A stretch of DNA of 64,000 nucleotides, taken from contig CM039006.1 in the NCBI GenBank assembly GCA_017499595.2, forward strand, positions 2,976,001-3,040,000, written 5' to 3'. This document shows positions 49,401 to 62,636 of this stretch, one piece after another. This DNA is from Psilocybe cubensis (taxonomy: Eukaryota). Position 1 is the stretch's first letter. Every line of letters begins with the position of its first letter. The position numbers and the translations under genes are program-made. The notes beneath the pieces are model-generated. The model ran no database searches and had not been told where the DNA came from. It saw nothing but the letters and a program-made list of their open reading frames with translations.

Positions 49401-51493
49401 TTTTCAGAATATATGTTATGGCATCTGAATAAAGAAAATTTGCAGACCTCGTAATGCTCGGAAACGAGGTTGCAGCGTCTAGTGCGGTTGATGAAGCTAG
49501 CAAATTTACTAGTGTATGATCATGTAACAGGAGCTTGGCAAGCAAAAGATATAAAGAGGGACTCGCATTTTGTGTTCTCCAGCTGTTCTGTATGTCCCCA
49601 TGCCGCCATTATCTATGTCGCCCCTATTATTGTTTGGCAGTGCCAAACAAGCGACTCATGCGCACGGACTCAACCTCGACTTCATCCTCGACCACCACCA
49701 TCTCTATGTGCACCATCATGTCTGTTTGAGTTCTCGCCTTCCGCTGAACGTGGGGACGTGACTGTTGAGTTCAAGGTATGTTAGTTTTGTGTGGTGTATT
49801 GGGTTTGACTGACAGTGATTCTAGTTTCGTTTGGGCGCTATGTAATGCATTCCGGGCATTGGTGTGCTGTTTTAGGCGTAAGTTGTCATGTATATTGTTG
49901 TTTGGGCATGTACTGACTGTGGTTGAACAGGTTAATGCTCTGACACGACGTATCGGCTTCCCGCGAGCTATGTAACGCGTTCTGGGATTGTGAGGACTGT
50001 AAGTTGGGATGTATGTCAATGCTTGGGCAAGTACTAACTGACTAAACAGGTTGATGCTCTGACACGACGTATTGGCTTCCCGCGAGCTGCACATTATCAC
50101 GTCGACCGTCATTGTCTTGACGCTATGTATCGACTTCCCGCGAGCTGGTAAGTAATCATTTGAGACGCTTGTACTATAGTGGTGACACCACATCGACATT
50201 GACACTATGTATCGACTCCCCGCGATCTGGATGCCACGTATAGGTAAGTTGCTATTGAAGTTTGTGTGTGGGTGAATACTGACTCTGTTCTCATAGTCTC
50301 GACACCATATATCGCTTTCCCGCGAGCTGCACATCCGCTCAGGTTGCCTGATGCGACATATCGACTCCCCGGGAGGTGATACCACGTACACATTATGGGG
50401 GAGGCATGATTCTGGTAAGTAACTATCTTGACCTAACCTTGGATGCATGCTGACTGTTCTGTTACAGTGGGAATGCTTCGACACTATATATCGCTTTCCG
50501 GCGAGTCACGTCGACCCGTCTCGTCTCTGGAGCCATCCATTGACTCCCCGGGATTTGAAAACCATATGTATATTACAGAGGACGCCTGTGAGTAACGATT
50601 TGTGCTTGTAGTTATATGTTTACTGACTGCACCATTATAGTTCGACACTATATCTCTTTCCGGCGACATACACATCTCCCAGCCTCTCAGATAGTCTTGA
50701 CACGACGTATGGACCTCCCGCGAGTATGTCCCGACAAGCAACACATCATCCACGTTGCCCAGTCTCTGTGCGAGACCTATGGACCTCCCGCGACACAGTG
50801 AGCGTTCTTTGATGATATTTATCTCTTTCTGGCAAGGGACAGCTCTCCCAGTAACTCGGATGGTCTTGACACGACGTACGGACCTCCCGCGAGCATTCCT
50901 CGATGATTGGAATGCGAGAGAACATCTTCCAGTCACTCTGATGGCCTCCCGTGAGCAGGACTGCACAGATAGTGGTAAGTGACTATTTCCGCCCGAGTTT
51001 GTTTTTGTACTGACTCTGCACCGACGCTATATATTACTTTCCGGCGAGGAACATATCTTCCAGTCACTTTGATGGCCTTGATGCGCGCGCATTCCCCGAC
51101 GCTATGCATCGCTTTGGGCACCTCTCCCCGCAAACTGGACTCACAAGTCTTGACACCCGCGAAACTTGTGCAATGCTCGGTATGTTTATTTTGTGGTACT
51201 CACCTCTGCCCCTTATCGAGTTCCCAATAGGTTCAAAGTCATCGAGATCTACTGTTATCCATTCCCGCGGGACAGCTGGACAGGTGTCGACTCTGATTTG
51301 ACAGGTGACAGGTGCGTTCATTTCGTTGTAGACAGACCGGTTACGCCCCCGATTGGCCTTCGGGCGGGGCTAACCTCTGCTTGTACGATAAATTGAAGGT
51401 GTTGTGTTGCATGAAGTTATTAATAGATCTAAACATTTATCCGATACAAATCTCACCAGAAAAAACATTAAGCGAGTCATAAGTGCACACTCA
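43453..51493. other. ~8 kb insert of unknown nature between the duplicate copies; possibly a non-autonomous mobile element
   Basis: No recognisable protein family. Contains internally repeated splice-signal-rich segments (43800-45800 on the minus strand, 49770-51330 on the plus strand) and a GC hairpin near the right end. Confidence 0.35.
49942..51120 (+). repeat. Degenerate ~26-bp repeat (consensus GACACNAYRTATCGNYTTCCCGCGAG), at least 12 copies with variable spacers
   Basis: Copies at ~49942, 50061, 50119, 50201, 50301, 50350, 50480, 50644, 50699, 50770, 50868, 51023 and 51098. Confidence 0.75.
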
Positions 51494-51559
51494 GTGCTCT
51501 CCGTCGCGCGCCAGACATGCTATACCGCGGTTCCGTCTACTAATATCTAGTATCGGTGC

Positions 51560-52793
51560 GACTCATTTCCCCTCTCGGGACCGCAATTCAGACTGAATGA
51601 CTATAGTAAATTCTGCTCTTCGACTATTTTAATTGCTAACTTAACGAAAATTTTCAAGTCTTGTTCCCTCTAACAATAACTGATTCGGTAGGTGGAAAAA
51701 TTGAAGTATTTTAGGTACTAAATTCTCCTTTTTCAGAGGTAGGACTAGTATTCATATGTCTAATTATATCCGAAGCTTGATTCAAAATAGCTGTAAGTTG
51801 ATATTCTCATTGTTGATAAACAATTCAATAGCGATCTGACACTTTTTATGTGACATAGGTCTGAGGTACTTCCAATGGCAAAGGATGGACAACATTAGCA
51901 ATTAGTATGATGGCCGAAGGTTTGTAAAGATCTATTTTACCAACTCCATAACTAATCTATTGTCAACCCATTGATCTAGGAGTGCTTCAAATTCGAATAT
52001 ACGCCATGTATTTCCACAATAAAACGGTTCTTGTTGTGCTTCTAATATGCTTCGGCATGACTTCGACAGCATCAGCTACGATGATGGCACTGTCAGCGCG
52101 GACGTTGCAACGTAAGTAGTGGCGTCATTTCACTCTAGTAGGGCTAGTATTGAAATTAAATTGTCAGCGGTGGCAATCGCAACGCCAATAGGCCTAACAT
52201 GTGCTCTCCGTCGCGCGCCAGGAAGCTTCTACGCTTATTGGATACCCCTGCTTTGTTTTGAGGGATTGCTATGTGTATTGGCCCTCATCAGGGGGATTCA
52301 GATGTCCAGAGCCATTGACCCAACTGAAAGTAGGGAACCAGTACAACCCTCATTTTCGCCCCTCACACGGGGTAAGCGGGTAATAGACATGCTATACCGC
52401 GGTTCGATCGTCTACTTCCTAGCGTAAGTAAAGGTTTATACGTCTACTGACATCGTTCATGACTAATATCACTCTTACTCATCAATAGTATCGGTGCAAC
52501 GTTCATGATCACCATAATATTTTGGCTGACTTTACCTGTATGTCTATCAACCTATATTGTCTCGCTAAATGCTCACGCATCAGTAACCCATTTCTATACC
52601 GTTGTAGCTCGGTTTGAGCATGGCCCCACTAGGATATTGTATCACACTTCCATGCGTCATTGCCAACCGACTAGTGCTAAGTGTGCGTGGAGCAGCGCAA
52701 TGTGATACCACAATGGGAAATATGACAACGTTCGAGGTTAGGGTCGACACGGCTGATCCAGATTCAGAATTGGGGAAGGATTCGGGTGAATGA
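51560..52793 (+). pseudogene. 5'-truncated, frameshifted duplicate of the DUF6533-like gene at 40523
   Basis: Starts inside an intron and lacks the first exons. An extra A at ~51880 (caatggcaAaggatgg) shifts the QWQGW exon. Confidence 0.8.
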
Positions 52794-53096
52794 AGCGTGG
52801 CCCAAGTCAATATAGTGAAGCAGAACTAGTGAATCTGAAATCCTAAATTTTGCGTAGAACAGAGCAGATGCGAAGCAGCAGTGAAATTAAGAGACAGCAG
52901 AGGTAGGATATAGCGCGCAATAGGAACGCGCGCGTAGATGTTAAAACTGGATGAGGTTACATATATCCATAAGGACGGGCTTGTAAAGCTCACCATATTG
53001 ATCTTCCATATAGCATTGACCTTGCTCCTGTTCATGCTCACGCAATGACATAGACCACTCCATGAGTTTGTCAGAACGACAGGGCATCGCTTGAAA

Positions 53097-53851
53097 CTAT
53101 TCAGGAGACACAATTGGCTTTGATTTCGGCACCTTCATCTGAGTTTTGCTTAGATCAGGAGTTCTGGGTCTCCACCCATCATGCTGCATGGCCTCCACAA
53201 GCCTCGCCAAGCTCCAGCACTCCTCCATCCCAAAATGATATCGCTCGTCCTTGGACAATGCCAGTTGACCCATCATCTTGCGCAGAGGTTTCGTCTGTTT
53301 CAACTTGTACTGCCTTGCGAACGCTTTCTTGATGTTGAGACGCGATATTTGACTGAGAAGAGACAGGTCGTCGAGATGGGAATCCACCAATGATTTGTAT
53401 GCCAGTTGCGCTGGAAGAATTTCGTTCAGGTCCGCTTTATCGTATGTGAGAAATGCAGTAGTGGATGGGTCACGGAGTACATCGTGATATTGTAAAAATT
53501 CTTTGAACCTCTTCCAAACGGGCGGAAACAAATCGGCGTTCTCAACCATATCCTATCGCGCATATGTGTGGTAGACGTGAACAAGTTGTGATGATGATGA
53601 CATTATGCTACAACACAGCGTACCTGTCGTACCCCAGTGACTTGCGCGCACTTCTGGTCAATAGCACGAATCCGCGAAGGCTTGACGTACTCGTGGAACG
53701 ACGCGTACACTTTCCTGTCGCGTAGGTTGTATAGCAGCGCTGGCATTTCTATGATCTCCCGGATGATGGGCGTCCTGGTAACTTCAAGTTTCATTATAAT
53801 CAATGATTTGAGATGAGGACGTTGACGCTTCATAGCACTGGCGAGGACCAT
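53097..53851 (-). CDS. ERI1-like DEDDh exonuclease homologue with altered active site (copy B)
   Basis: As copy A; differs in the N-terminal residues (MKRQRPHLKS vs IKRPRIHLNS) and by P->Q in exon 2. Confidence 0.75.
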
Positions 53852-54089
53852 CGTTCCACAGCTCGTCGGCGTTATCGAAGATCAAAGACTGCAATTCGAC
53901 GGTGACCATTGAATTTTGGGTGCTGTGGGAAATTGAATCTCCGCTCGACATTGCTTCCGTTGTGATCCGTAGGCGACTCAGGGGCTGGCGGGGTTTTTGG
54001 AGTCTTTTGAACGGTGGGTACAGCATAGGAAATCTCGCAAATCCCGTTCTAACATGGTCATCATTTGCATATCGGCTTAATACTTCCTA

Positions 54090-54854
54090 TCTCATGTGGA
54101 ACAACTGTCTCTGCAACGTGTGCAATCCGTCACAACTGTTCGTTCTAATCTCTATGGTACGGAGTTGCGGGAATATACGAACTATATTTCATTTTATGCG
54201 GTACTGGGTGAAGCTGATATGTTGCTAGTAAGTAAGCAGCACACAGCATTGCCGAGTTTCCGTTAACCTGCTCAATAGCTCAGGAGGTTCCGGAAATCGG
54301 TATGTTCTTCATAGCTACGTAAAAATTAACCTCACATTGATATGCGCTCTTATCATTCCGTGCATTCCGATTCGTGATTGGTCCTGGTACAAAGGCGACT
54401 GTCTGGTTATTGGTTTCTGTGTACATCTCAGTTGCAGCCACAATCGTCATGTCAAACCTCATCGCTTTGAGAATTCATACTATCTCCAAATTCAGTTACC
54501 GACAATATGGGCGACGTCTCTACCATATCCTCCGAGTCGTTCTGGAGTCCAGTATCTTACACGCAGCTTCGTTATTGTCTATGCAATTGTAACGACCCTA
54601 CGAGCAGCCAAATACGGAATTGGCGATATATACACATATTAGCTAGATGTTGATAGAGGTGCAGGTGGATTAAGCATTTGCTCATTCCCGGAATACAATT
54701 TCTATGTGGAGAGAATTGTCACATTTATTGCCATACGTGCTTCACTGTTAAGGAGGTAATAAAGTACTAAACTTCTGGATGTCTGCAGCTAATTGCACCA
54801 AGAATTCTCGTCGCCGGCATTACGGTTTCTGCAGTAGATTATGAAATTATCTGA
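54090..54854 (+). pseudogene. Degraded paralogue of the multi-TM family at 57884/59756
   Basis: LIALRIHTIS...RRLYHILRVVLESSILHA and IAPRILVA motifs are retained, but the frame breaks and the upstream exons are decayed. Confidence 0.65.
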
Positions 54855-55304
54855 TCATTATAACCTTATCCACTCACTTGCAGCAAGAGTTATGGAATCA
54901 CCTGTACATCGCATAATATACTTACTGTGTCCCTTTCCTGTTCAACATCCCAGAATTAGCACATAAATTGAAGTGTGTAGTATGTGCACAGAAATGGCTA
55001 ATCTTGGAAAAAATATTGCTGAATGTGAAAATACGTAATCTCCACAACTCCAGATACATCAAAGCGTGGCGAACCTCAATGACGATGGTGGGAGACCGCT
55101 TGAAAGCGAGAGAGGCGTTGACATCACTGGTGAGATCAACGCCACGTGGCTGGCCATTCATAATTAAAGCGCCTCCTTTGTTCATCCTCGTGGGTCTATG
55201 ATGCTTAATATAACGACCCACTACTCTCATTACCAGACCACGACCACGAAGAGCACAACCGCTGCATTTTCACCACGCTAAATACGACAAATAAAACAAC
55301 TCAA

Positions 55305-57594
55305 ATGGCACCACTCAATTTGCGACCTCCAGGCTTCTTCGGCGCCAATACGGTCGAGATCTCGCCGCCAGCACGCACAGGCGAAACAGGGATCCGACGC
55401 CTAGCAGTCTGCGCCGACAGACTCATCACGACGCCAGACTCTTCAATTGTAACCGTCCCCGACATCATTTCCTACGCTGCACGCACACACGAACACTCCC
55501 CGGCGCTAGGCTGGCGGGACGTCATCAAGGTGCACGAGGAGGTCAAGGAAGTCAAGAAGAAAGGGGGAAGAGACGGGGAGACAGAGAGGAAGACATGGAA
55601 ATACTTTGAGCTCAGCGAGTACAAATATCTTGATTATGTTCAGTTGAAGGAGGCCATCAGTGAGGTTGCGCGGGCGCTTGTGGATATTGGAATTGGGACT
55701 GAAGATGTCGTGGATATATTTGCACAGACAAGGTGAGCTTTACATGTTCTTCTTTTTTCATTCCAGTCTTCTTACAATATACCAGCGTAAACTGGCAACT
55801 CATCTCACATGCGTGTGCACTCATATCAACGACGGCGGCGACTGCATATGACACACTCGGCGAGTCGGGGCTCACGCATTCGCTGAACGAACCAAAATGT
55901 ATTGCAGTATTCACAAACCCAGAACTTCTCCCCATGGTGGCACGCGTGCTTCCACATACGCCCACTGTTCGCTATGTTTTCTACGACGGGCAGCCATCGA
56001 CGAAGCAGCTTGACGAGATCAAGGGCAATTCAGGTATACGCGCGATACACATCGACGAGCTGCGCACGCGTGGCCGTGAGCTTTCGATCTCGATTTTGGA
56101 CTCTCGGAAACCCACCCCATCCACCACAGCTTGTATCATGTACACTTCTGGATCTACAGGCACGCCCAAAGGTGTCATTCTCACCCACGCCAACCTCATT
56201 GCAGCCGTCGGTGCCGTGCACTTTGTGTTCTCTCCCCACCTACCCGCGGGTGGGCGCTACATCGCATATCTCCCCCTCGCACATGTGCTGGAGTATGTTG
56301 TCGAACTGTGCGCCGTGTTTTGTGGCATTGCAAGTGGATATGCACGCCCAAAGACGCTCACAGATGCAAGTGTGCGGGGGTGCAGAGGGGACCTCGCTGC
56401 GCTGCGCCCGAATGTGCTGTTTGGCGTCCCTGCAGTGTACGAGACAATCCGAAAGGCGGTGCTGGCCCGTGTGGACGGCGCAGGGCGGATTTCGCGTGCG
56501 TTTTTTTACGGCGCGTTAACTGTGAAGCGATGGGCGGGTGCGTATGTGCCGGGGGTGAGCTGGGTTGTGGATCGAATTGTGTTTAAGAAAATACAGGAGG
56601 CAGTTGGAGGTGATATCACATTTGCAGTCAATGGTGGCGCTGGGATAAGCAAGGCAACACAGGAGTTTTTCAATGACGCGGTAATGCCACTTACACAGGG
56701 TTAGTACTTTTCTCTCTTAAACAATATTTAACTAACCCGAGTACACAGGATACGGTCTTACAGAAACATCAGGGATGGGTGCGTTCCTCCCGCCCGAGTT
56801 GCTCTCCTATTCCACACTCGGTGCCGTAGGTATCCCAGGGCCGTGTTTGGAGGTGAAGCTGGTAGATGTGCCCGAGTTGGGTTATTTCACGGGAACAGGC
56901 GGGGACGATAACGTTAGTGGGGGGAGTGGGAAACTGGGCCACCTGCAACAAGGCGAGATATGGCTGCGCGGCATGTCTGTTACGCCAGGATACTTTAATC
57001 GGGAGGACTTGAACTCGGACCCCAGTGTTTTTACTGAGGAGGATGGTGTGAGGTGGTTCCGCACGGGCGACATCGGCCAGTGGAACGCAGATGGCACACT
57101 GAGCGTTGTAGACCGCGTAAAGAATTTAGTGAAAATGCGCAGTGGAGAGGTATGTTGTGTGCTTGCTCTTTGATTTTATAGCTACTTACATTCCCACACC
57201 GCAGTACATTGCCCTAGAACGCCTAGAATCGACGTATAAATCCTCCACACTGGTGTCAAATCTATGTATCATCGCAGGTCCAGAGATGGCGCAGCCTGTA
57301 GCTGTGGTCGTTCCACATGAGGGGAATTTGCGCGCAGAGCTGTCGTCATCTGAACCCTTACCAGACCTATGCCAATCAACCAGCGCCCAGACAACCGTCC
57401 TGAAGTCCCTCGCATCCCTCGCGAAGAAAAACGGATTTGCACGTATGGAAATACCGTGTGCGGTACTGTTGAGCAGTGAAGAGTGGACAAGTGAGAATGG
57501 CATGTGCACGGCTGCGGGTAAGGTAAATCGAGCGAGGGTGCGGGAGGTATGGGGAAAAGAGGTGGACCGAGTTGTGTTGGAGGGCGGTGATTGA
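55305..57594 (+). CDS. Long-chain fatty acyl-CoA synthetase (Faa1/Lcf1-like, AMP-binding)
   Basis: Exons 55305-55732, 55786-56699, 56749-57149 and 57205-57594. Motifs IMYTSGSTGTPKG, YLPLAHVLE, QGYGLTET, WFRTGDIG, DRVKNLVK..GEYIALERLES. Confidence 0.93.
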
Positions 57595-57635
57595 TAACGT
57601 TGGGGCAGGGAATTTGATAGGATGTGATCTCGAAC

Positions 57636-57769
57636 ATGGATATGGATATGGATATGGATATGGATATGGATATGGATATGGATATGGATATGGATATGGA
57701 TATGGATATGGATATGGATATGGATATGGATATGGATATGGATATGGATATGGATATGGAGATGGATAT
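57636..57769. repeat. (GGATAT)n hexanucleotide microsatellite, about 21 units, in the 3' UTR region between convergent genes
   Basis: Directly visible near-perfect tandem array. Confidence 0.95.
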
Positions 57770-57883
57770 CATTACTTTGGTTTCTGCTTTGAATTACCCT
57801 TTTCAGGACATTATTTTTTTTTTGGTTGTATGCAAGGGAGATTGTCGAGTAGGGTAGGGACTTCGAATTACCACATCGCCAAT

Positions 57884-59130
57884 CTATGACACAACTTCTG
57901 AAATATTGGAGGGGGATATATCTAACACTGGTTGCTCAACAACTGGCATTGCACCGGACCCCATATTCCGAGAATAATCTGTGGGGATAATCGACGTGTT
58001 GGTTATGAAATATGCATCTGTGCGGTCGGTGCTTGAAGCTGCGATGCGCGCAACAAGAATTGTTGGTGAGGCCGCCTGTAGCATGTACATGTAAACTTAG
58101 TTATACAGCTCGTAGACGATCAATCGGGCACTGATACGCACTGCAATGAATGTCGTAAATCTCTCTACATAGAAAATATATTCCGAAGATGTGCAAACCA
58201 CGTCCTGAGAGAGTGGAAATTGATTTTGCCCAATACCAGTACAACAAATGGACGTGTCGGCTTCGTAAGCAATTCGCATACTCGTCGAAATTGCATAGGC
58301 AAGTAAGGCGACTGCATACAGAAAGCTGGATTCCAGAAGAACACGAAGGATATATGCGTAACGCCTGCCAGAATTTTGGCAAGTGATCTTGGAGACCTTA
58401 TGAATTCTGTAAGCTATGAGAGTTGACACGGTGACCGTGGCTACGAATGAGGAGTATAGTGAAATCATTAACCAGAAAGCATCCAATGTAACAGTTCCAA
58501 TAATGAATAAGACTGATAACAACAAGGGTTAGGGTACAACTCAACGTGGACGTCACTTCAGTAGAGAACGAACTGATTTCGAGAAGCAAAAATAGAATAG
58601 GCATAGTGATGACACGCTTTGACATTCCCCAGATATGATAGCACCTCCATAGCTATCAAAAGGTCAACGATATTACAGTAGTGTCTGAACAAGAGGTACT
58701 TACCAGCAGTACATCAGCCACGGTCAACAACCCGGAAAATGCAATGAAGTTAGTGTACATCCTATTCGCACCCACATCAAGATTGGGGTTATTTTGAACG
58801 GGTGTGAGCGAGAGTTGCTCCACCAACGATATAATAAAAAGAGCTGAAATAGATCCAATGACCATTTTGGAGCGGGAATTTTCGGATCGCCTGGAAACTG
58901 GATTCAAATATAACCTTTATGTGAGCATGACCTTATCAGGATATGTCCCGCGTATTCCGACATACTGTAGAGGTGCAACGTCCCTAGGTAGAGTGCTGTT
59001 TGTACGCCTATAATGAAAAATGCAATCAGAAGTATCTCTGGTGTTGCGCGCATTACCCACCCATCAGGAAACTAGAAAGCATGTTGGAGTTTAACTCTGG
59101 AGACGCGGTACACCCTAAGAGTCCTGGCAT
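57884..59130 (-). CDS. Multi-pass membrane protein, 'WRCY..W...ES' family
   Basis: MPGLLG...NSNMLSSFLMG / VQTALYLGTLHLY / ADVLL / LWRCYHIWGMSKRV...LLEI / LIAYRI...LRVLLESS / AASPTILVARI. Confidence 0.8.
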
Positions 59131-59755
59131 AGCTTGCTCAAAGTTTGTGGGGCCCGAGAAGAATAAATACGATATTGGCTCATGCTGGCTCATGCACTTA
59201 TATACTTCCTCTTTATATCCTGCTATTGCTACGTCGTTGTATGCAACCAAGCAATCCAAAACGTTGTAAAGGCAATACGGTACTACAATCTATTGGTTGC
59301 CATGTTGGGTGTAAGCCAAATATTTAAAGCACATAATTGCAGAGCTTTGCACTGCATGAAACGAGGGGCAGATGTCCGCAGTGAGCCGATTCCCGCCTAA
59401 ACCCATGTATAGACAGAGGTCTGTTGCAATGGGAGGGGTATCCTGCTGCCCACTCCGCTTCCCCCCTAACGACATCCCATGTTTCTCATCCACAACGACA
59501 CGCAGATTAAAGCGTATCGTGCCGTCCACCCCTCACACCACCACATATTCCTTTTCTTCTTTTTGTTCTAAATCGATGAGGTGTAGGTGTAAACAGGGAA
59601 CTCAAGTCTCCTGTACCGTATGAATGCCGTGAACGGTTTAAATAGCAGCAGTGGTCTAGTGGTCTTCAGAATTTGTCAGAATTCACGGAGAACAAGTTTA
59701 GGACGCAAAAGCTCCAAACAATTGTGATTCTGTGAATAATAGCGTATGCAAAAGT

Positions 59756-60915
59756 CTAGATCATATTCTGCATGTTACTGATCGGGGTTCTTTCCAATGC
59801 TAAATGAACAGAAGCATTTTGACGGAAGATTGATGTATTGGTTATCGCAAATACGTCTGAGTCATCGGTGGGTGACACTGTGATGCGCGCAACAAGAATT
59901 GTTGGTGCGGTCCCCTGTAAGCATTAGATACCTTAGCATGTAATTTAGAAAAGATCAAGGTACCATATAACGCACTGCGATGAAAGCTACGAATTTTTCA
60001 ACATAATAATTAACTCTCTGCCACTTGCAGGATGTGAGGCGCTGGTATGCAATGACCGTTATAAATGAATCGACAAGTAATGCGAAAGCGTGTAGAAAAC
60101 TTGACTCCAGAACGATCCTGAGAATATGTGATAGCCGTCTCCTAGGTTCTCGGGGTGTAATTCTGGAGACTGTCTGAATTCTGTATGCAATGAGAGCTGC
60201 AGACGAAATTGTGGCCGCAAATGAGAAGCATAGTGCAGTCATCACCATAAAAGTTGACCCTACAAAGGCAAAACCTGTAACAAATAAGGCTGATGCCAAT
60301 TGAGAGGGGATTGGGATGCGTCATGATGGAGGATAAATTTTGATTCAGAACACACCGATTTCAAGCAGAAACAGGGCACAGGGCAGAGAAATGACACGTT
60401 TTGACATCCCCCAGACGCGATAACACCTCCAAATCTAAAAACATTTAGCGAATCACAGAATGGTGTTATGGGTATGATTGTTCTGACTTACCAGCAACAT
60501 GTCACCCGCAAAAAGCACCCCAGCAAATGCAAAGAAGCCTATAAACTGCATCTTCTCGGTTACATACAGGGTATCACTACTTCGAGTGGGACTCTGAGAC
60601 AGTAACTCCACCACAGAGAAAATATAGGAAACCGAAATGGTTGCAATGACCACCATGGAACGATTGCTCCCGGCCCTTTTAGAAACTGGAGAGATGCGCG
60701 ACCTTCGATAAGTTTAATTCTGTAAGAAAATGGTTCTCTCGTACTATAAAGATGCATTGTGCCTAAGTAAATTATTGTATGTATTCCTGTCAATACAAAT
60801 TTCAGTTGAACAAAGCTCTGGAATTGCATGTTAGGTGTTACCCACCCATCAAAAGACTATAAAGCATATTGGAATTGACAATTGTCGACACAGTACATCT
60901 ATCTGAGACTATCAT
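59756..60915 (-). CDS. Multi-pass membrane protein, tandem paralogue of 57884-59130
   Basis: MIVSD...NSNMLYSLLMG / IHTIIYLGTMHLY / GDMLL / IWRCYRVWGMSKRV / LIAYRI...LRIVLESS / GTAPTILVARI; same intron positions as its neighbour. Confidence 0.8.
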
Positions 60916-61601
60916 GCCTTGAAGAAGATTGGGCGGATTTGAGAGGTGAGATCTGATGAGAAGTAGGAAAGAACCAATTGCGAGTGAATGAGTATATACA
61001 AGCCTGGGGATGACCCCATGTGATCTATGTGCTATATACAACTCGTTCTTCCATGTATCATGTTCAGATTGTGCTTCTGCTTCATCTAAAACAAAGTTAG
61101 AATATGACCTTCCCACTGCTCTCGTTCTACTAGGTAACATCAATGATCGTGTCACGTTGATAATTATAGAGCGCACGAACCATCTAGTGACTTGATCGTA
61201 AAAGTTACAGATGACGATGTTGGAATCAGTGTTGTGAATCGACGCCGCTCAACGATTATTATCCTTCTTACAACCATCGTAACCGACTTGTTATTCTAGC
61301 TATCTGGTTACTCCTTGAGAATCTGATGGGTCTGAAGGTTTTGGCTTCCATTTTGCCCTTTTCGGAACAGCTGTTTCAAGACCCTCCTATCCTCTCGTAT
61401 CTGCCCTCATCAGATGCCTCGGTTGTATCCTGGCCTTTTTCGATCCATCTTCAAGAGTTAATGCGAGGGTAGGCGATTGGGTGCTGCAGTCTTGCCTTGG
61501 AAATAGTACACTTTTGATGTCGCAATGCGTCCCCGCCTGAAATGCGTTGCCGACAGCCGTCCGTAAGTCATACATAGAGACTCTGCTCCCCGTTCTGTGG
61601 A

Positions 61602-62636
61602 TCAGAGGATATTGGAGGTGTGGATTCCTTGCACTGGACCCTCATAGTCAGTAACCACAGCCATAAAATACGTCGTACACACTGAAAGGGGTGCCATTTC
61701 GGTGAAAGGTCGCATCTGTATGTTTGTATGGTCTTGGGAGGTTGTCTCTGTCCCAATTTCGAACTTTATAATGCTGTCGATTGCCGAGCTTTTTATATCA
61801 TAAAGGGATATCCTGCGGATGCTGAGCACGAGGCGGTTGGAGATGACACTGGGGAAGGCAAGGCAGAAGCCTAAGGGCGCTTGACCCAGCCCGGGCTACT
61901 TCAACAGGTGTTTGTTACTCTTGTATTTCGGAATGTAATGGACTGACTGGAAGAAGGATCCACATTATAATCGTGGTCAAGTACGTCAAACCGATCCTTT
62001 ATTATATAGATGTGTAAGTAGAAGATGAGCAAGTATCCAGGGACCGACTAAAACGTACGCGAGAAAGTACATTGCGGAGTCGCGAGAGAGAACAGCAATT
62101 AACTGTTTGCCGTCCCGGAAGAACAGGAATCCATTGGTGTTGCCTATGTCACCCACTGGCTTCGCCATATAAATGCCGCGAGCAACGGCTAGGATGCAAA
62201 GCAGCGCCTCGAAGCAAAATATAGGTATCCAGAAAGAGTACAAATTTCCTGGAGGCTCAAGTGGTATACACGTCAATCCGATGGGGGTCGAAATTGCCTC
62301 AGCTAATTAAGATAATGTAATCAGCTCTTGTGTGTGTAATATTGAAGGGGTATGCATTCAACGAGATGTACAGTTCACCTTGGAGATTGTGCAGCGAGAT
62401 TGCCATGATCACGGCAGATGCTGTTGCCGAAAGGACGAAACACGGTAAGAGGATGGATAGCACCCGCTTGTCTCGGAGATACATGGCATATACCCTTATT
62501 TGGAGTATTCCTGGGGCATCGAGGTTACTGGATAGTGTGCGAAGTTCTGCGGGGTCAAGAGGGTGTAACGCACCTTCACACATCATGCTGATTGCTAGGC
62601 CACTCCATCCTTGCCATTGGAAGTAACTCAGAGACA
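61602..62636 (-). CDS. DUF6533-family membrane protein paralogue; 5' exons not found, possibly truncated
   Basis: YFQWQGW...MMCE / ILQIRVYAMY / TPIGLTC...FWIPIFCFE...SRDSAMYF / PLGFCLAFPSVISNRLVLSIR. Only ~500 bp separate it from the upstream paralogue's stop codon. Confidence 0.65.

Larger units (their letters stand above)
51560..53977 (+). repeat. Segmental duplication, copy B
   Basis: Direct repeat of 41067-43452. Confidence 0.95.

Noticed and set aside
49942-51120. CRISPR array
   Set aside because: Eukaryotic context, degenerate repeats, irregular spacer lengths and no cas genes.
57269-57889. poly-IS, poly-GY and poly-MD ORFs
   Set aside because: Translations of the (GGATAT)n microsatellite.
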